Positions 1 through 12,638 of a DNA stretch of 64,000 nt are shown piece after piece. The position numbers and the translations under genes were made by a program. A model generated the notes under the pieces. That model saw only the letters and a list, made by a program, of their open reading frames with translations, was not told the origin of the DNA and ran no database searches. This DNA is from Octopus vulgaris (lineage: Eukaryota): assembly GCA_951406725.2 (NCBI GenBank), contig OX597818.1:38750001-38814000 (forward strand). Reading direction: 5' to 3'. Position 1 is the first letter of the stretch, and each line of letters begins with the position of its first letter.

Positions 1-170
1 ATTTTTCTTTTTCCTCTGTCTTCTCTTCTCTGGATCTTTCCTTCTCCTATGTTTCCGACGAAGAGCTCCGCTCGAAACGTTAAACCCTCCTTCTTTCCTG
101 AGCGTCCAATAATACTATATTTGTTCCACGTCCTCGTGTTGTGTTTTTTTGTGCTTTCTTGTTTGGATTA

Positions 171-172
<2 letters not shown>
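1..172 (+). mobile_element. Penelope-like terminal repeat with variant minimal hammerhead (51-85)
   Basis: GTTT-CCGACGA-A-GAGC TCC GCTC-GAAA-CGTT-AAAC followed by (TA)n; related copies at about 4930-5075 (-) and 43795-43895 (-). Confidence 0.5.
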
Positions 173-217
<45 letters not shown>

Positions 218-415
218 AAGGAGGCATGAGCGCTTTCACATACACATATTCACATGACAGAATTTCTGCCTAGTAAGCTCAACCATAAGGCTTTGAGCAG
301 TCTGAGGCTCTATTAGAAGACACTTGCCTAAGGTGTAGTGCAGTGAAACTAAATTGACACAATGTAGTTGGGGAGAGAACTCCTTACCCACAAAGTCATA
401 TATATATATATATAG

Positions 416-787
416 GGTGCTAAGAGCACCATCTGAGTGTGATCATTGCCAGAGTGGCTAACTGGCTTCCGTGCCGGTGGCATGTAGGAGGCACCACTCG
501 AGTGGGATCGTTACCAGCATTGCTTTACTGACACCTGTGCCATTGGCATGTGTAAAGAAAATTTGAGTGAGGTCGTTGCCAGTACCACCTGACTGGCCCC
601 CGTGCCAGTGGCATGTAAAAGCACCCACTACACTCATGGAGTGGTTGGTGTTAGGAAGGGCATCCAGCTGTAGAAACTCTGCCAGATCAAGACTGGAGCC
701 TGGTGCAGCCATCTGGTTTGCCAGCCCACAGTCAAACCGTCCAACCCATGCTAGCATGGAAAGCAGACGTTAAACGATGATGATGAT
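416..787 (+). mobile_element. Family A repeat (RTE 3' UTR / RTE-derived SINE)
   Basis: Ends ...CCAACCCATGCTAGCATGGAAAGCAGACGTTAAAC(GAT)n; more than 14 copies in window. Confidence 0.8.
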
Positions 788-1380
788 ATATATGCTTATG
801 TGCACCATAAGTTGTTGTTAGATAAATAGTAACAACTCAGATTCAGTAAGGAGGAAAACAGATTTGAAATGTGTCCCCATTAGCCATATCAACAAGATTA
901 TTTGAAGGCAAATTTTGATAAAGAAAGTTGAGTGATGGAAAATTCAAAATCCATCATAGACTTTTCTTTGCATATTCACCTGGTACATTTATTTTCATAA
1001 GTCTCTGTTCACTAAGACCGAGCATGCACACACATGTGTATATGTGAGTGTGTGTGTGTGTGCATGCACATGTATGTACACATACATGCACATGAATTCT
1101 GCTCTCTTGGTCGCCATCGTTTGAACTGAGCAGAGCTGATGTTGATATTCCTTGTTGTCATTCTGTCCAGTTGCTCTGTGCTTTCAAAGAGCCTTGAAGT
1201 AGAAAAATCCTTTACTTGTGAAGCAGCTAAAGGTTGGCAACAGGAAAAACATCTGGATGTAGAATCCTAACTCAAAATCAATTTCTGTTCAAGTTATTAA
1301 ACAAATTGAAGTCATATTTTGCGTACTGAAAAAGATTAAGTGTTGTGCAATAGCCTTCAGCTCTTAGTTTTTGCTTTATT

Positions 1381-1775
1381 AAACTTGCAGTATCGCCCGG
1401 CATAGCTCGGGTTTGTTTCGACCCTTAGAATTGGAATTTTTGAAAAGTAAAAATTTTGCATTATGTAGCTTTTTATTCTCTTTAAATGAACATTTTTCTG
1501 GTTGAAATACACCAAAAAATGGCAACACAGCAGTCAAAAAATCGTAAAAAATAGGGATCTTCATAGAAAAAAAAGCACCTTTTTGATGTAAATAATTTTT
1601 GGTCTTAACATGGTCCGATTTGAATTTTTACTTCTACGGAATGAAGAGCAAGCCTTCTTCTATCATACTCTCAATTTTGGTCAACTTGTGCCGCAGGGTC
1701 TCAGAGGAGATAGTGTTAGTTGAAGGCTACCAAACCTGCCATACACAGACAACTTCAGCTTTATATATATAGAGA
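1381..1775. mobile_element. Non-autonomous Helentron/DINE-like element
   Basis: One end has a GCCCGGCATAGCTCGGG hairpin, the other CAGACA...CTTTATATATATAGA; same architecture at 5140-5530. Confidence 0.45.
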
Positions 1776-2012
1776 TTATGATTGCTTTCTGTTAGACTTA
1801 CTAATGTAATTGTTCAGCCAAATTAACTGGTTGTACCAAAATTTCAATTAAAATCATTCAGTACATTTGCCTTTCCTTTTAGCATGAACATGTGATGCTC
1901 AACTCTTCCAGAAACCATTTCTATCTTTAATATCTCATGTTCCCATCAGATTTCACACACTAGATCTTATCTGGTTTAATATATAAGCATTCTTTTATTT
2001 TTTAATTTTTTT

Positions 2013-2173
2013 TTACTTGTTTCAGTCATTTGACTGTGACCATGGTGGAGCACCGCCCTTAGTTGAGTAAATCAACCCCAGAGCTTATTCTTTGTAAGCC
2101 TAGTACTTATTTTATTTGTCTCTCTTGCCAAACCACTAAGTTACGGGGATGTAAACACACCAGCATTGGTTGT

Positions 2174-2227
<54 letters not shown>

Positions 2228-2395
2228 TACATATATATATATACGATGGGTTTCTTTCAGTTTCCGTCTACCAAATCCACACACAAGGCTTTAGTCAGTC
2301 CAAGGCTAGAGTAGAAGACTCTTGCCGAAGGTGTCACACAGTGGGGCTGAACCTGGAATCACATGGTTGGTAAGCAAGCTTCTTACCACACAGCC
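2013..2395 (-). mobile_element. Family B SINE
   Basis: Same head, (CA)n centre and tail. Confidence 0.78.
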
Positions 2396-2538
2396 AACAT
2401 AAACAAATAAAAACAACAATAAACAATTTATCTCTGAATATTTTAAGGATTTATATAATTTTCTTTTTACCTGTTTTGTAAGCTTTTTAGCTAAAGCATC
2501 AACAAAGAAGACTTAAAATTATTAATACTTATACTTAC

Positions 2539-2628
2539 CGACATGAATAATCTTTATCTTCTAGACCTTTCAACAATAATTCTCGTGTATTAGACATTAT
2601 TTGCTTACTTTCTTCTGATGTTTCCTCT
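2539..2628 (-). CDS. PRKDC: DNA-PKcs exon (last visible; gene continues below coordinate 1)
   Basis: ttttag|A GAG...CG|gtaagt; EETSEESKQIMSNTRELLLKGLEDKDYSC vs human [24 protein letters not shown]; 90 nt. Confidence 0.9.
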
Positions 2629-2662
2629 CTAAAATGAATAAAATAGGTTTAATGTGTAAATA

Positions 2663-2701
<39 letters not shown>

Positions 2702-3514
2702 ATTTCGGAATGGGCATTTTGCCAGTTTAGCCAATATATATATATATATATCTTTCTTTACTACCCTCAAGGGGCTAAACAAGGACAGACAAAGGTATTA
2801 AGTCGATTACATCGACCCCAGTGTGAAACTGGTTCTTTATTTATCGACCCCGAAAGGATGAAAGGCAAAGTCGACCTCGGCGGAATTTGAACTCAGAACG
2901 TAACGACAGACGAAATACCGCTAAGCATTTCGCCCGGTGCGCTTACGTTCCTGCCAGCTCGCCGCCTATAAATATATATATAGCCACATAAAAGAATGTA
3001 GTCATAATTCATTTATACACATACAACAGGCTTCTGTACAAATTCTAGTTTATTGAAAACAGTCCTTCTCCAAGATATTCTTATAAGAGGAACAAAGCTC
3101 AATACTGCTGCAAGTTACCGAAATATTACCTTCAGAGTTTTGTGGATGTTTACTGAGTTCAGTTGTTTTTACTTTGCTGCATCTACTTATAGCTAAGTAG
3201 ACTTTGCTATTTCTAATTAGAAAAAAAAAGGTAAAGAAAAAAGAAAAAAATAATAAAAATTTTACATAGAGAAACGAAAATAAAACTTTGGAAACAACCT
3301 AAAGGGAGATAATTGAGAAAGACTTGAAAGTGAATGTAAGACTAATCATGTAAAGTAAATATAACGAATAATCCAGTCAATCCCAAAATCTAATCACTTC
3401 ATGCCAGTCATGAAGCCAAACATCCCTGAAAATTTCATCAGAATCCATCCAGTGGTTCTTGAGATATCTTGTTCACAAACAAACAAACACAACTGAAAAT
3501 TTTTCATAGGTTTA

Positions 3515-3850
3515 ATCATTCTTATAGCAACACTGCTCTTCTCAATATGTGTTATGTCCCAGTTAAAATAATTTTTGCATGTCTTGCATGAATGGTAAAC
3601 CAGGGATCATTCTCATAATTTTCAGTTTCTTTTTTGATCATTCCAAGTGCTCCTACAATCACTGGTATTGTAACCACTTTGAATAGCCACATTTTGCCAA
3701 TTTCAATTAGCAAGTCTATTTTCCAGGTGTGTCAAACTCTTTTGCCGAGATATTATGACCACAAGGAACACTCCTGTCAATCAATAAACAAACTTTATTG
3801 TTTTGGTCTTTCACAACAATATCTAGTTTATTAGCTTTTATAGTTCTATC
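3515..3850 (-). mobile_element. R4/Dong-like non-LTR retrotransposon, C-terminal restriction-like endonuclease fragment
   Basis: DRTIKANKLDIVVKDQNNKVCLLIDRSVPCGHNISAKEFD, then IEIGKMW..KVVTIPVIVGALGMIKK; its truncated 5' end abuts (TAA)n. Confidence 0.7.
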
Positions 3851-4686
3851 ATTATTGTTATTAATAATGATTATTATTATTATTATTATTATTATTTCCG
3901 ACTTAGCAAAGGCAGAGGTATTGTTTTTAGTTGTGTTTGTTTGTCCGTGGACAAGATATCTCAAGAACCACTGGATGGATTTGGATGAGACTTTCAGCGA
4001 TGCTTGGCTTCATGACTTGCACGAACTGATTAGATTTTGGGAGTGATCCGGTATCAGACAAGGATTCTGGATTATTTGTTATATTTACTTTACATGATTA
4101 CAATCTTACATTCACTTTCAAGTCTTTCTCAATTATCTCCCTTTAGGTTGTTTCCAAAGTTTTATTTTCGTTTCTTTATGTAAAAGTTTTATTATTTTTT
4201 CTTTTTTCTTTTCCTTTTTTTTTCTCGTTCTACATGACTTGATTTTGTAAACGAACATTCTGGTCTGTTTATTTTAATGGTCTATCAATGTATAAAGTAA
4301 GTTTCTTTGCCCAAATTGTCTGGAAGACACTTGACAAGGAATGGGAACAAAATTGAAAGAAGAAAAACTCATAATAATGATGCCATTTAGCATGTTTTCC
4401 ATGGGTTGAATAGAAATAATTTAATTAGTTGCCCGGTTTAACACCACACTGTCACCTGGTACTCTGGGTGCATGTAAAAGAGCCTGCTTTCTTGTAAGTG
4501 TCTTGACCAGGTCCAGGTCTCTGCTTTGATGGTATCTTCTCTTCACTCCTACCAGCCTCAGAAACCCTGGAAAAAGTTCTGGGCACTTACTTTCTTCCTA
4601 CCTGAAACTGTAAAAAAAAACAAAAAAAAAAAAAACAAACAAACAAACAAAGAAAATGAAGAGCAGAGACATTTTGAAAGACTTAC

Positions 4687-4860
4687 CCATAGTTGTCATA
4701 TACCCACATGAGGATATCATACAATACTTTACGACAAGCTACCCATGGTTCTTCTTTCTGATGATTAATACTAGAAAATATCTCTGCTAACTCATTTGGC
4801 TTAAGTTTAGCAAGCAAAGCTTTCACAATATTCAAAGAAATCAATCGAATATTTTTATTT
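4687..4860 (-). CDS. PRKDC: DNA-PKcs exon
   Basis: taacag|A AAT...GG|gtaagt; NKNIRLISLNIVKALLAKLKPNELAE...CRKVLYDILMWVYDNY vs human KLKPVELRE...CREQMYNILMWIHDNY; 174 nt. Confidence 0.95.
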
Positions 4861-5139
4861 CTGTTAATAAAAAAAAAAAGATACATTAGTAATAATATAT
4901 GACAGCAATGAGCATGAAATAAAAAAGGGCAACACAGGAGGGACATGTGCATATTTACACACATATACCTTAATACAAATATTGTATTAAGCCAAACACT
5001 TAAAAGGAAGGGAGAGAGTCTTAACATTTCTGAGACTAGTCCTTCATCAGAAGAAAAGTATAGGAGGAGCAAACTACTATTTTTTAAAGAATATAATTTT
5101 TAAAGAATAAAATTTTTTAAAGAATATAATTATCAAGAA

Positions 5140-5530
5140 ATAGCAGTTTCGCCCGGCGTTGCTCGGGTTTGTAAGGGAAATAACTATATAAGCATTTTTA
5201 GAGATGTAAAGTATAATAGCCATGGCTAACCACAAAGGGGGGGGGTGTTACTGTAGCTTTTTACGTTCTGAAATTTAATAATAAATTTTTAGAGAGTTAC
5301 TTCCCCTATATATGCCAAAAATGCATTAAAAATGGGAAAACTTGATGGTAAATTTTTTTTTAAATCGTAGACTCATCGTAGACGCGCGCTAATACCCAGA
5401 AAGGCTCGATATGAATCACGACTATAAGATACCCGGTTTTGGTTAAACTGCACTGCAAAATGTGGGAGTAGTTAGGAGTCTAAATTGTAGGAGACAGACA
5501 GCACACAACCTCTCTTTTATATATAAAGAT
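5140..5530. mobile_element. Non-autonomous Helentron/DINE-like element
   Basis: GCCCGGCGTTGCTCGGG hairpin ... CAGACAG...CTTTTATATATAAAGAT. Confidence 0.45.
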
Positions 5531-6233
5531 ATCATTTTCAGTTAAGTTCTCTGAGCAGTTTAAGATAGAATTCCATAATTTATTAATACAGTTTTTCGCT
5601 ATGAGTTATAACTTATCTTGCTGAAAGACTCATTCATTTGCAAAGGAGGCTTCATATGCACTTTTCTTCATAGAGTCTGAATTGCTTAGTAAATGAACAG
5701 ATTCATCCAGCAAAACAAGTTATAACTCGGAGAGTGATAATTTGTGTGTGAACCAGTGTACATGAGTGTGTGTGTGTGTGTGTGTGTGCAAATAGACTCA
5801 CATACACATCTTTGGCTTATTCATTCCTACCCATCTCATACATAGAAAGTCCACTGTGACATCTCGTCACCACACACCCACTTCAAGCCCTACCGCCACC
5901 CTCTCTTCTAAAATGTGAACAGTCATACAAATTTTGAAAACGTGATTTCTGGACAAAATCATATTAACCCTCTTTTATACAATGAAACAATACATAGTTT
6001 GTGATCCTTCTTAAGAAAAGAAAACACTTTCATGCAAACTGTACCCCCATTATACCATCAATTATATATCAGCTGTGCTGCTTCTGCCTATAAGAAAGGA
6101 GCAAATAATACAATGTACCTGTAGGTCATAACACCCTGGCAACGCCGGGATGCATTGCTAGTATCTTGATAGTTGCCAGTGTTCAGAAATGTGTGAATAT
6201 CTAAAGTATCATTGCACAATACAGGACTTCACT

Positions 6234-6598
6234 ATGAGGTGGCATCAAAAAGTTCCAGGACTAGTTTTTTTATAAAAAATAACTTATTTCCCCAAGTTTC
6301 AACCTCATCTCCTTCAAAATAGTCACCTTGTGCAGCAATACACGAGTCCCAGCCTCCCTACCACTTTTAGAATTCAGCCTGGAAATCGCTTTCCGTAAGC
6401 AAGATGAGGACCTTCTGCAATTAATTCTGGATCTCGACAGTGGTGTTAAAACAATGACCTTTGAGCTGTATTTTCATCTTGGGCAAGAAATGGAAGTCCA
6501 CAGGTGCTACATCTGGTGACTAGGGTGGATGCAGAAGTAATACCATGTTGTTTTTGGCAAGAAACTCACAAGTGAGGGGAGCTCAGCGACAGGATGCA
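6234..6598 (-). mobile_element. Mariner transposase C-terminal remnant
   Basis: HPP*SPDVAPVDF..PKMK.QLKG..F...CIAAQGDYFEGD with stops. Confidence 0.75.
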
Positions 6599-7226
6599 AA
6601 TAAGTGAATGAAAATATAGTTTAGTTGGTAGCCAAAAGCTTACTGAGTCTTTTGATACCCCATACGTCAAAATCAACAACTCGGTTTTGGAACGCATAAG
6701 GAACATGCACGCGCACACACACACAAACTCTGTTTTATATATATATATAGATATAGATATGCATGTCAGGTATTATGATGAACATAACTATTGCTTCTTT
6801 CCTATCTAATGAGTGCATCAGTGAAATGTAGCTCTTTCTAGTAATGATTCATCTTTCCCAAATTACTCAATAGTTCCTCTTCAAGTAACTAACAATGTCA
6901 CTAATTTTGAGAGTGGCTGGTTTAGGTGAAAATGCTTAAAAACGTTAGATTTCTTACAGTTACATACAAATTAAATTTCTGAAGTAGCAATGATATAGCC
7001 AAATAACTCCACCTTAGTTTATTAATGACCTAATTATTGAAAGCAAAAAATGGAAAGGTTAAGTTGCTGACCTTAGGATACTGTGATTTAGAATGTAAAA
7101 AAAAAAAAGTTAAACTAAATACAATAGTAATGCCTATATATCATGGTATGACATTTTTTTTGTAGGAGCAGAACACAACTAATTGATTGATTTAGTGTTA
7201 CAACATTTTTTCCAAAAGTCATTTAA

Positions 7227-7446
7227 CCCTTTCATTACTGTATTTATTTTGAGATGCTTTGCGTTTCTTTCAATTACTTTAAATATAACAAAGAATTTAG
7301 TAAAATAACTTAGTTATCATTCAGCTAGTGTTAAGAAGATAAACTGTAAGTAAGGTTTGGTGGAAGATTTTAATTCAAAACTTATGAAAACAAGACATTT
7401 GTACTCAGAGCCAGAGCTGGTTTCAGTCGGGTTGGTAACGAAAGGG
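7227..7446. mobile_element. piggyBac-like MITE
   Basis: TTAA|CCCTTTC...GAAAGGG|TTAA. Confidence 0.7.
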
Positions 7447-7487
7447 TTAAAAATGACTGAAAATAATTGAAGAACAAAAGTACTTAC

Positions 7488-7637
7488 CTGTGAGCAAAGA
7501 AAGAGAAGAAATTTTTGCTCTTTAATTCTCTGAATGCACCGTCAACATTGTTGATATTCCCAAGCAATATTTCCAAACAATACAATTGGAAATCTCCATG
7601 GAGTTTGGTTAAGTGATAGAGCAGCTTTGGTAAATAG
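7488..7637 (-). CDS. PRKDC: DNA-PKcs exon
   Basis: ttctag|C TAT...AG|gtaagt; YLPKLLYHLTKLHGDFQLYCLEILLGNINNVDGAFRELKSKNFFSFFAH vs human LLPKFHGVLKTLCLE...LKSKDF; 150 nt. Confidence 0.93.
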
Positions 7638-9039
7638 CTAGAAATAATCATAATGAAAATTAATTACAAATCATAATGGTTTCAAATTCTGGCAAAAACG
7701 AAACTATTTTACTGGGTGGGGATAAAATCATTTGCATCAACCGCAGTGATTAACTGGTATTCTTCTTTATTGATTTTGAAAAGAAGAAAGGCAAAGTCAA
7801 CCATGGTGGCATTTGAGCTCAGTACATAAAGTCAGAAGACATGCTGTTAAGTATTTTGTCTAGCGTGTCCTTTTGCCTTGATGGCCCTTACAAATCATAT
7901 CATCACCATCATTGTTTAACGTCCTCCTTCCATACAGGAGTGGATGGTTTGACAGGAGCTAACCAGGCTGGAGTTTGTACCATGCTTCTGTGACTGTTTT
8001 AGCATGGTTTTTGTGGCTGGATGCCTTTCCTAACACCAACCACTCCATAGAGTGGGCTGAGCGCTTTTTATGTGGCATTCACACAAGTGAGGTCAATTTT
8101 GGCATGGTTTTTATAGGTGGATGCCCTTCCAAATATTTCCCCATCTATCACAAGCTTTCTTACATGTATCTGGCATGGCCTTTAAAATAATGAACCATCT
8201 TCAAGGGCTCTTAGTTGAATTCAGTCAATATTTTTTATGTGTGTATTTGAATGTACACAATGTATAAGAAACATTTAAAATCAATTCTCTGAATTAGAAT
8301 GAAAAAAAAAAGTACCCACCACCACAAAAAAACAATTAAAAAAAAATTACATTTTGTTAGTGCCACATAAGAGGCACCCATGTTGGCATACATAAAAAGC
8401 ATCTGTGATTGCACCATGTAAAAAGCTCCCATATTTGCACCATGTTAAAAAGCACCCAGTACACTCAGTTAAAAGATTGGCATTAGGAAGGGCACCAAGC
8501 TGTAAAAACTATGCCAAAATAAACAATTGGAGCCTGGTGCAGCTCCCTGGCCTACCAACTCCTGTCAAACTGTCCAACCCATGCCAGCATGGAAAATGGA
8601 CATTAAATTATGACAATGAATATATATATATTTACACACACACACACACATATATACATCTGCATACACATACATATACCTAACAATACAAGCTTATCTC
8701 TTATATAAAATCCATTCTGTGAGTGTGTGTGTGTGGCTTCTAGGATCTCGGGCATCCTCCATCCGATTGCCCTCAAATTTGATATGTAGATACCGACGGT
8801 ATCAGGGCGTGTATAAGTCTTGAAAAAATTACAAAAATTGATTCCAGGTGAGAATGTGATCGATAAAGCCGTGGAAAATCGTTTTTCTTTGGAATAGAAA
8901 ACAGTCTATCTTTATATCTTCTTTTGCTGGTGTCTCAAATTTACGTTAAATCAGTGTTTCTCTATGGGAAGGTTGGACAAGTTGTTTTGAGAAAATTTAA
9001 CTCAGCACCATCCATTGGATGGGGGACGTTTTGCTTTTA

Positions 9040-9364
9040 TGTTGTGATACCTGTGCCGGTGGCATGTAAAAAGCACCATCTGAATGTGGCCGATGCCAGC
9101 GCTGCCTTGACTGGCTTCTGTGCTGGTGGCACGTAAAAAGCACCAACCAATCATGGCCACTGCCAGCCTCCCCTGGCACCTGTGCCAGTGGCACGTAAAA
9201 AGCACCCACTACACTCACGGAGTGGTTGGCGTTAGGAAGGGCATCCAGCTGTAGAAACACTGCCAGATCAGACTGGAGCCTGGTGCAGCCTCCTGGCTTC
9301 CCAGACCCCGGTCGAACCGTCCAACCTGTGATAGCATGGAAAACGGACGTTAAACGATGATGAT
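9040..9364 (+). mobile_element. Family A repeat
   Basis: Same core and (GAT)n tail. Confidence 0.8.
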
Positions 9365-9627
9365 ACACACACACACACATATATACATAAACACACATAC
9401 ATAATTGCAATATTTTATTTAATGACTGTTTTGGTGGGCATGGACGAGTAAAGTTCTGAGAACATTTCAACATAAATTTAATTTAAAATAGAAATTGTGC
9501 TTTCATTTCATTTAATTTTTTTTTCAGAGGTGATTAATTACTTTAAAATTTTTTAGTCAGCTGAAAGTTTTTTTTTCTCAATGAAATAGATTTTTAAAGT
9601 ATTTTCGGTAAGAAATATTTAACTCAC

Positions 9628-9858
9628 CTCTCAGCAACTGGTTGATAGTGTAACTGCATTTTATGAAGACAAACAATGAAATTTCCAAGCTTGGGTTCTA
9701 AAGTTTTCATTACTCTTTCAATTTGTTTCATAAATTTCTCAAATTCAGAATCTTTATGCTGATCAAAATATTTCAATGACAGGCCTAACACCTCAGCTGT
9801 ACTAGCATAAACAATCTTATGACTATGATGAAGTCCTTGAGACAAATGACTAAAATAT
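9628..9858 (-). CDS. PRKDC: DNA-PKcs exon
   Basis: ttatag|A TAT...AG|gtgagt; YFSHLSQGLHHSHKIVYASTAEVLGLSLKY...FIVCLHKMQLHYQPVAE vs human KEVYAAAAEVLGLILRY...KFIVCLNK; 231 nt. Confidence 0.95.
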
Positions 9859-10494
9859 CTATAAAAAAAGGAGAATAAATAAAAACAAAAGTTGTAGTTT
9901 ACCTGCATGAGAAGTCAAAATATAATGATTTATTTTCCTTAGAAATAGGACATTTTTAATGTGAAGTGCTTTACTAAGTTGCTTGAATTAAATCTGGTGT
10001 CTTAAGGGCTGTTGAAAAGTAAAATTGAAATTATACTGTCTAAAGCAATTTGAATTTTTTTCTTTCTTAAGATTAGTGGAAAATATAATTATTATTTTGA
10101 TTGTTGTACATTAATGAAAGTATATGACTTAGTGGTAAAGATATTTGGCTTGTGATTGCAGTGTGTTTTGTCCTTGAACAATACACTTTATTTCATGTTG
10201 CTCCAGTCCACCCAGCTAGCAAAAATGAGTACCGTAAATCCTCATTTTCCCCCCAAAATTTAAAGGTCAAAATCCCTAGTGCGTATTATACACGAGGTTA
10301 AAAATGAAAATTATTTTCTAAGCAATGTTCAATTCTCTATTTGCTGTCCAGCAATGTTTATTCAGACGCATTTTGTGATGTCGGGCGCGAAAATACTTTA
10401 AGTGAATAGCTTATGTGAATTAAAATTATACCTTATGTGAATTAAAATGTGTTTCCTATTTATAGAGAAGATATTTTTAAGAGTAAAAACTCAC

Positions 10495-10626
10495 GTTTCT
10501 CGAGGAACATCTGTCATATTTACATAAGGTGAAAAATTACATTTTAATAGAACACCCAAGAGCTGTACACTGACCATCAGACCTCCAGTGTTGGGATCAC
10601 TGCTTGTCATCATTTCATATAAAAGC
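10495..10626 (-). CDS. PRKDC: DNA-PKcs exon
   Basis: ttatag|G CTT...AC|gtgagt; LLYEMMTSSDPNTGGLMVSVQLLGVLLKCNFSPYVNMTDVPRE vs human [34 protein letters not shown]; 132 nt, phase 2/2. Confidence 0.92.
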
Positions 10627-10719
10627 CTATAAGTAAGAAAAAACAGAATAACGTTCAAATCTTAAATAGTAAAACCAAAATACATAACTCAAAGAACAGT
10701 ATTCTTTTTACTTTTTTTT

Positions 10720-11100
10720 TTTACTTGTTTCAGTCATTTGACTGCGGCCATGCTGGAGCACCGCCTTTAATCGAGCAACTCGACCCCGGGACTTATTCTT
10801 TTGTAAGCCCAGTGCTTATTCTATCGGTCTCTTTTGCCGAACCGCTAAGTAACGGGGACATAAACACACCAGCATCGGTTGTCAAGCAATGCTAGGGGGA
10901 CAAACACAGACACACACACGCATATATATATATACATACATATATATGACGGGCTTCTTTCAGTTTCCATCTACCAAATCCATTCACAAGGCTTTGGTCG
11001 GCCCGAGGTCATAGTAGAAGACACTTGCCCAAGGTGCCACACAGTGGGACTGAACCCGGAACCATGTGGTTGGTAAGCAAGCTACTTACCACACAGCCAC
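10720..11100 (-). mobile_element. Family B tRNA-derived SINE
   Basis: Head GTGGCTGTGTGGTAAG...GGTTCAGTCCC (A/B-box-like), central microsatellite, tail GGCGGTGCTCCAGCATGGCCGCAGTC. Confidence 0.8.
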
Positions 11101-12099
11101 TAAACTTGTAAACTTCCCTAATAAAACAGAGCTGTGGTATGGTCGAGTGAAGTTGGTACTGGTTTTCTCGCATGAACTAATACACACACATGTACACATA
11201 TATATGTGTGCACAAATGGGCACCTCACTCAATCAATCTCCCCTCTCAATCCATATCTTTCTCATTGTAGGTCTCCCCCTACTCCTGATACCATTTTCTT
11301 TCTTGCTATCCAGAATCTTTTCACTATCAGCCATTCTTCACCCATCAGTATTGTTCTCTACACCCACATGTTACAGTGGTCCACCCATTCCCCCCACAAA
11401 CTGGACCACTAAATTATCTCACCTTATGCACATTCTATCCCTTTTCTGCAGCCTACCCAAGCACATCATCCCTCTCCTTCCCCTGTCATCATTACCATAC
11501 TCAACTCCTACACCACTGGCCAAGTCCCATCCCTGTATCTCTCACTTCCTCCATCCATCTTTCAACCCTACTTGATCTTTACAGATGTTGCTTACTCCTC
11601 TTCTCCCATTTCTCCTATCTCATGACCCCACCACTGTATACTCATGCAAAAACTCACCTACACACACTCTTAGCTTCTCTGTCCCCACTCACAATTACTC
11701 ACCTTGTACCTTGAGGTGCTACCTGAACATCTACTCATCACTATTTATCTCTTTGGAGATATGACTGATTCACTCTCACTCTCCTTTCTAAATGTGAGCT
11801 CCTCTACAACAGAAAACTGCTCTGCTCCAACCTCTTCTCTCATATCTTAACACCCATCTAGCATAAGAATGCACCCACCAACCCTGCTCCTGCATGATGA
11901 CCTCAACAGTAGTGGTGGCATGAAAAAAGCACCCTGTGCACACTGTAAAGTGGTTGGCATTAGGAAAGGCATCCAGCTGTAGAAACATGCCAAAGCAGAC
12001 ATAGAGTCAAGATGCAGTCCTTGGCTCCATCGCTTCCGGCATGGAACATGGATGTTAGATGATGATGATGATGATGATGTTTAAAAAAAAACAAAAAAA

Positions 12100-12403
12100 C
12101 ATTTGAGCGAGGTCGTTGCCAGTGCCACTGGACTGACTCCTGTGCAGGTGGCACATAAAAAACACCATTTGAGTGTGGCCATTGCCAGTACCGTGTGACT
12201 GGCCCTCTTGCCGGTGGCACGTAAAAGCATCCACTATACTCTCAGAGTGGTTGGCGTTAGGAAGGGCATCCAACTGTAGAAACTCTGCCAGATCAGATTG
12301 GAGCCTGGTGCAGCCATCTGGTTTGTCAGACCTCAGTCAAATTGTCCAACCCATGCTAGCATGGAAAGCGGACGTTAAACGATGATGATAATGATGATGA
12401 TGA
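12100..12403 (+). mobile_element. Family A repeat
   Basis: Same core and (GAT)n tail. Confidence 0.8.
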
Positions 12404-12486
12404 TAAATAACCAGTATTTATGATTCCATGTGCATTCTAACAAATCCAAAGATGTCTACATTTGTAATGAAAGAAGAAAAACTTAC

Positions 12487-12638
12487 TTATATGGGATATC
12501 TATTCTAGCTTTCCAGAGTCCTACCAAAGCTTCCAGCAGTTTAAGATTATTTCGAAATATTGTCCGGTTTGCATTATAAATATTCCTGATGATAAACTGC
12601 ACCAAACTAGATGCCACATAACGATCTTTTGAAGTATC
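12487..12638 (-). CDS. PRKDC: DNA-PKcs exon
   Basis: aattag|...AA|gtaagt; DTSKDRYVASSLVQFIIRNIYNANRTIFRNNLKLLEALVGLWKARIDIPY vs human ...[25 protein letters not shown]; 152 nt. Confidence 0.92.

Noticed and set aside
458-773. Recurrent short ORFs (FLQLDALPNANH, EWLALGRASSC)
   Set aside because: Translations of the non-coding family A repeat in various frames.
840-980. Possible next PRKDC exon (LPSNNL resembles human LPSNTL)
   Set aside because: In-frame stop, no suitable splice sites, and no further similarity.
11066-11714. 169-aa and 112-aa ORFs
   Set aside because: Pyrimidine-rich decayed repeat; the opposite strand has a weak RTE-like RGRP..W remnant, and there is no splice or domain support.
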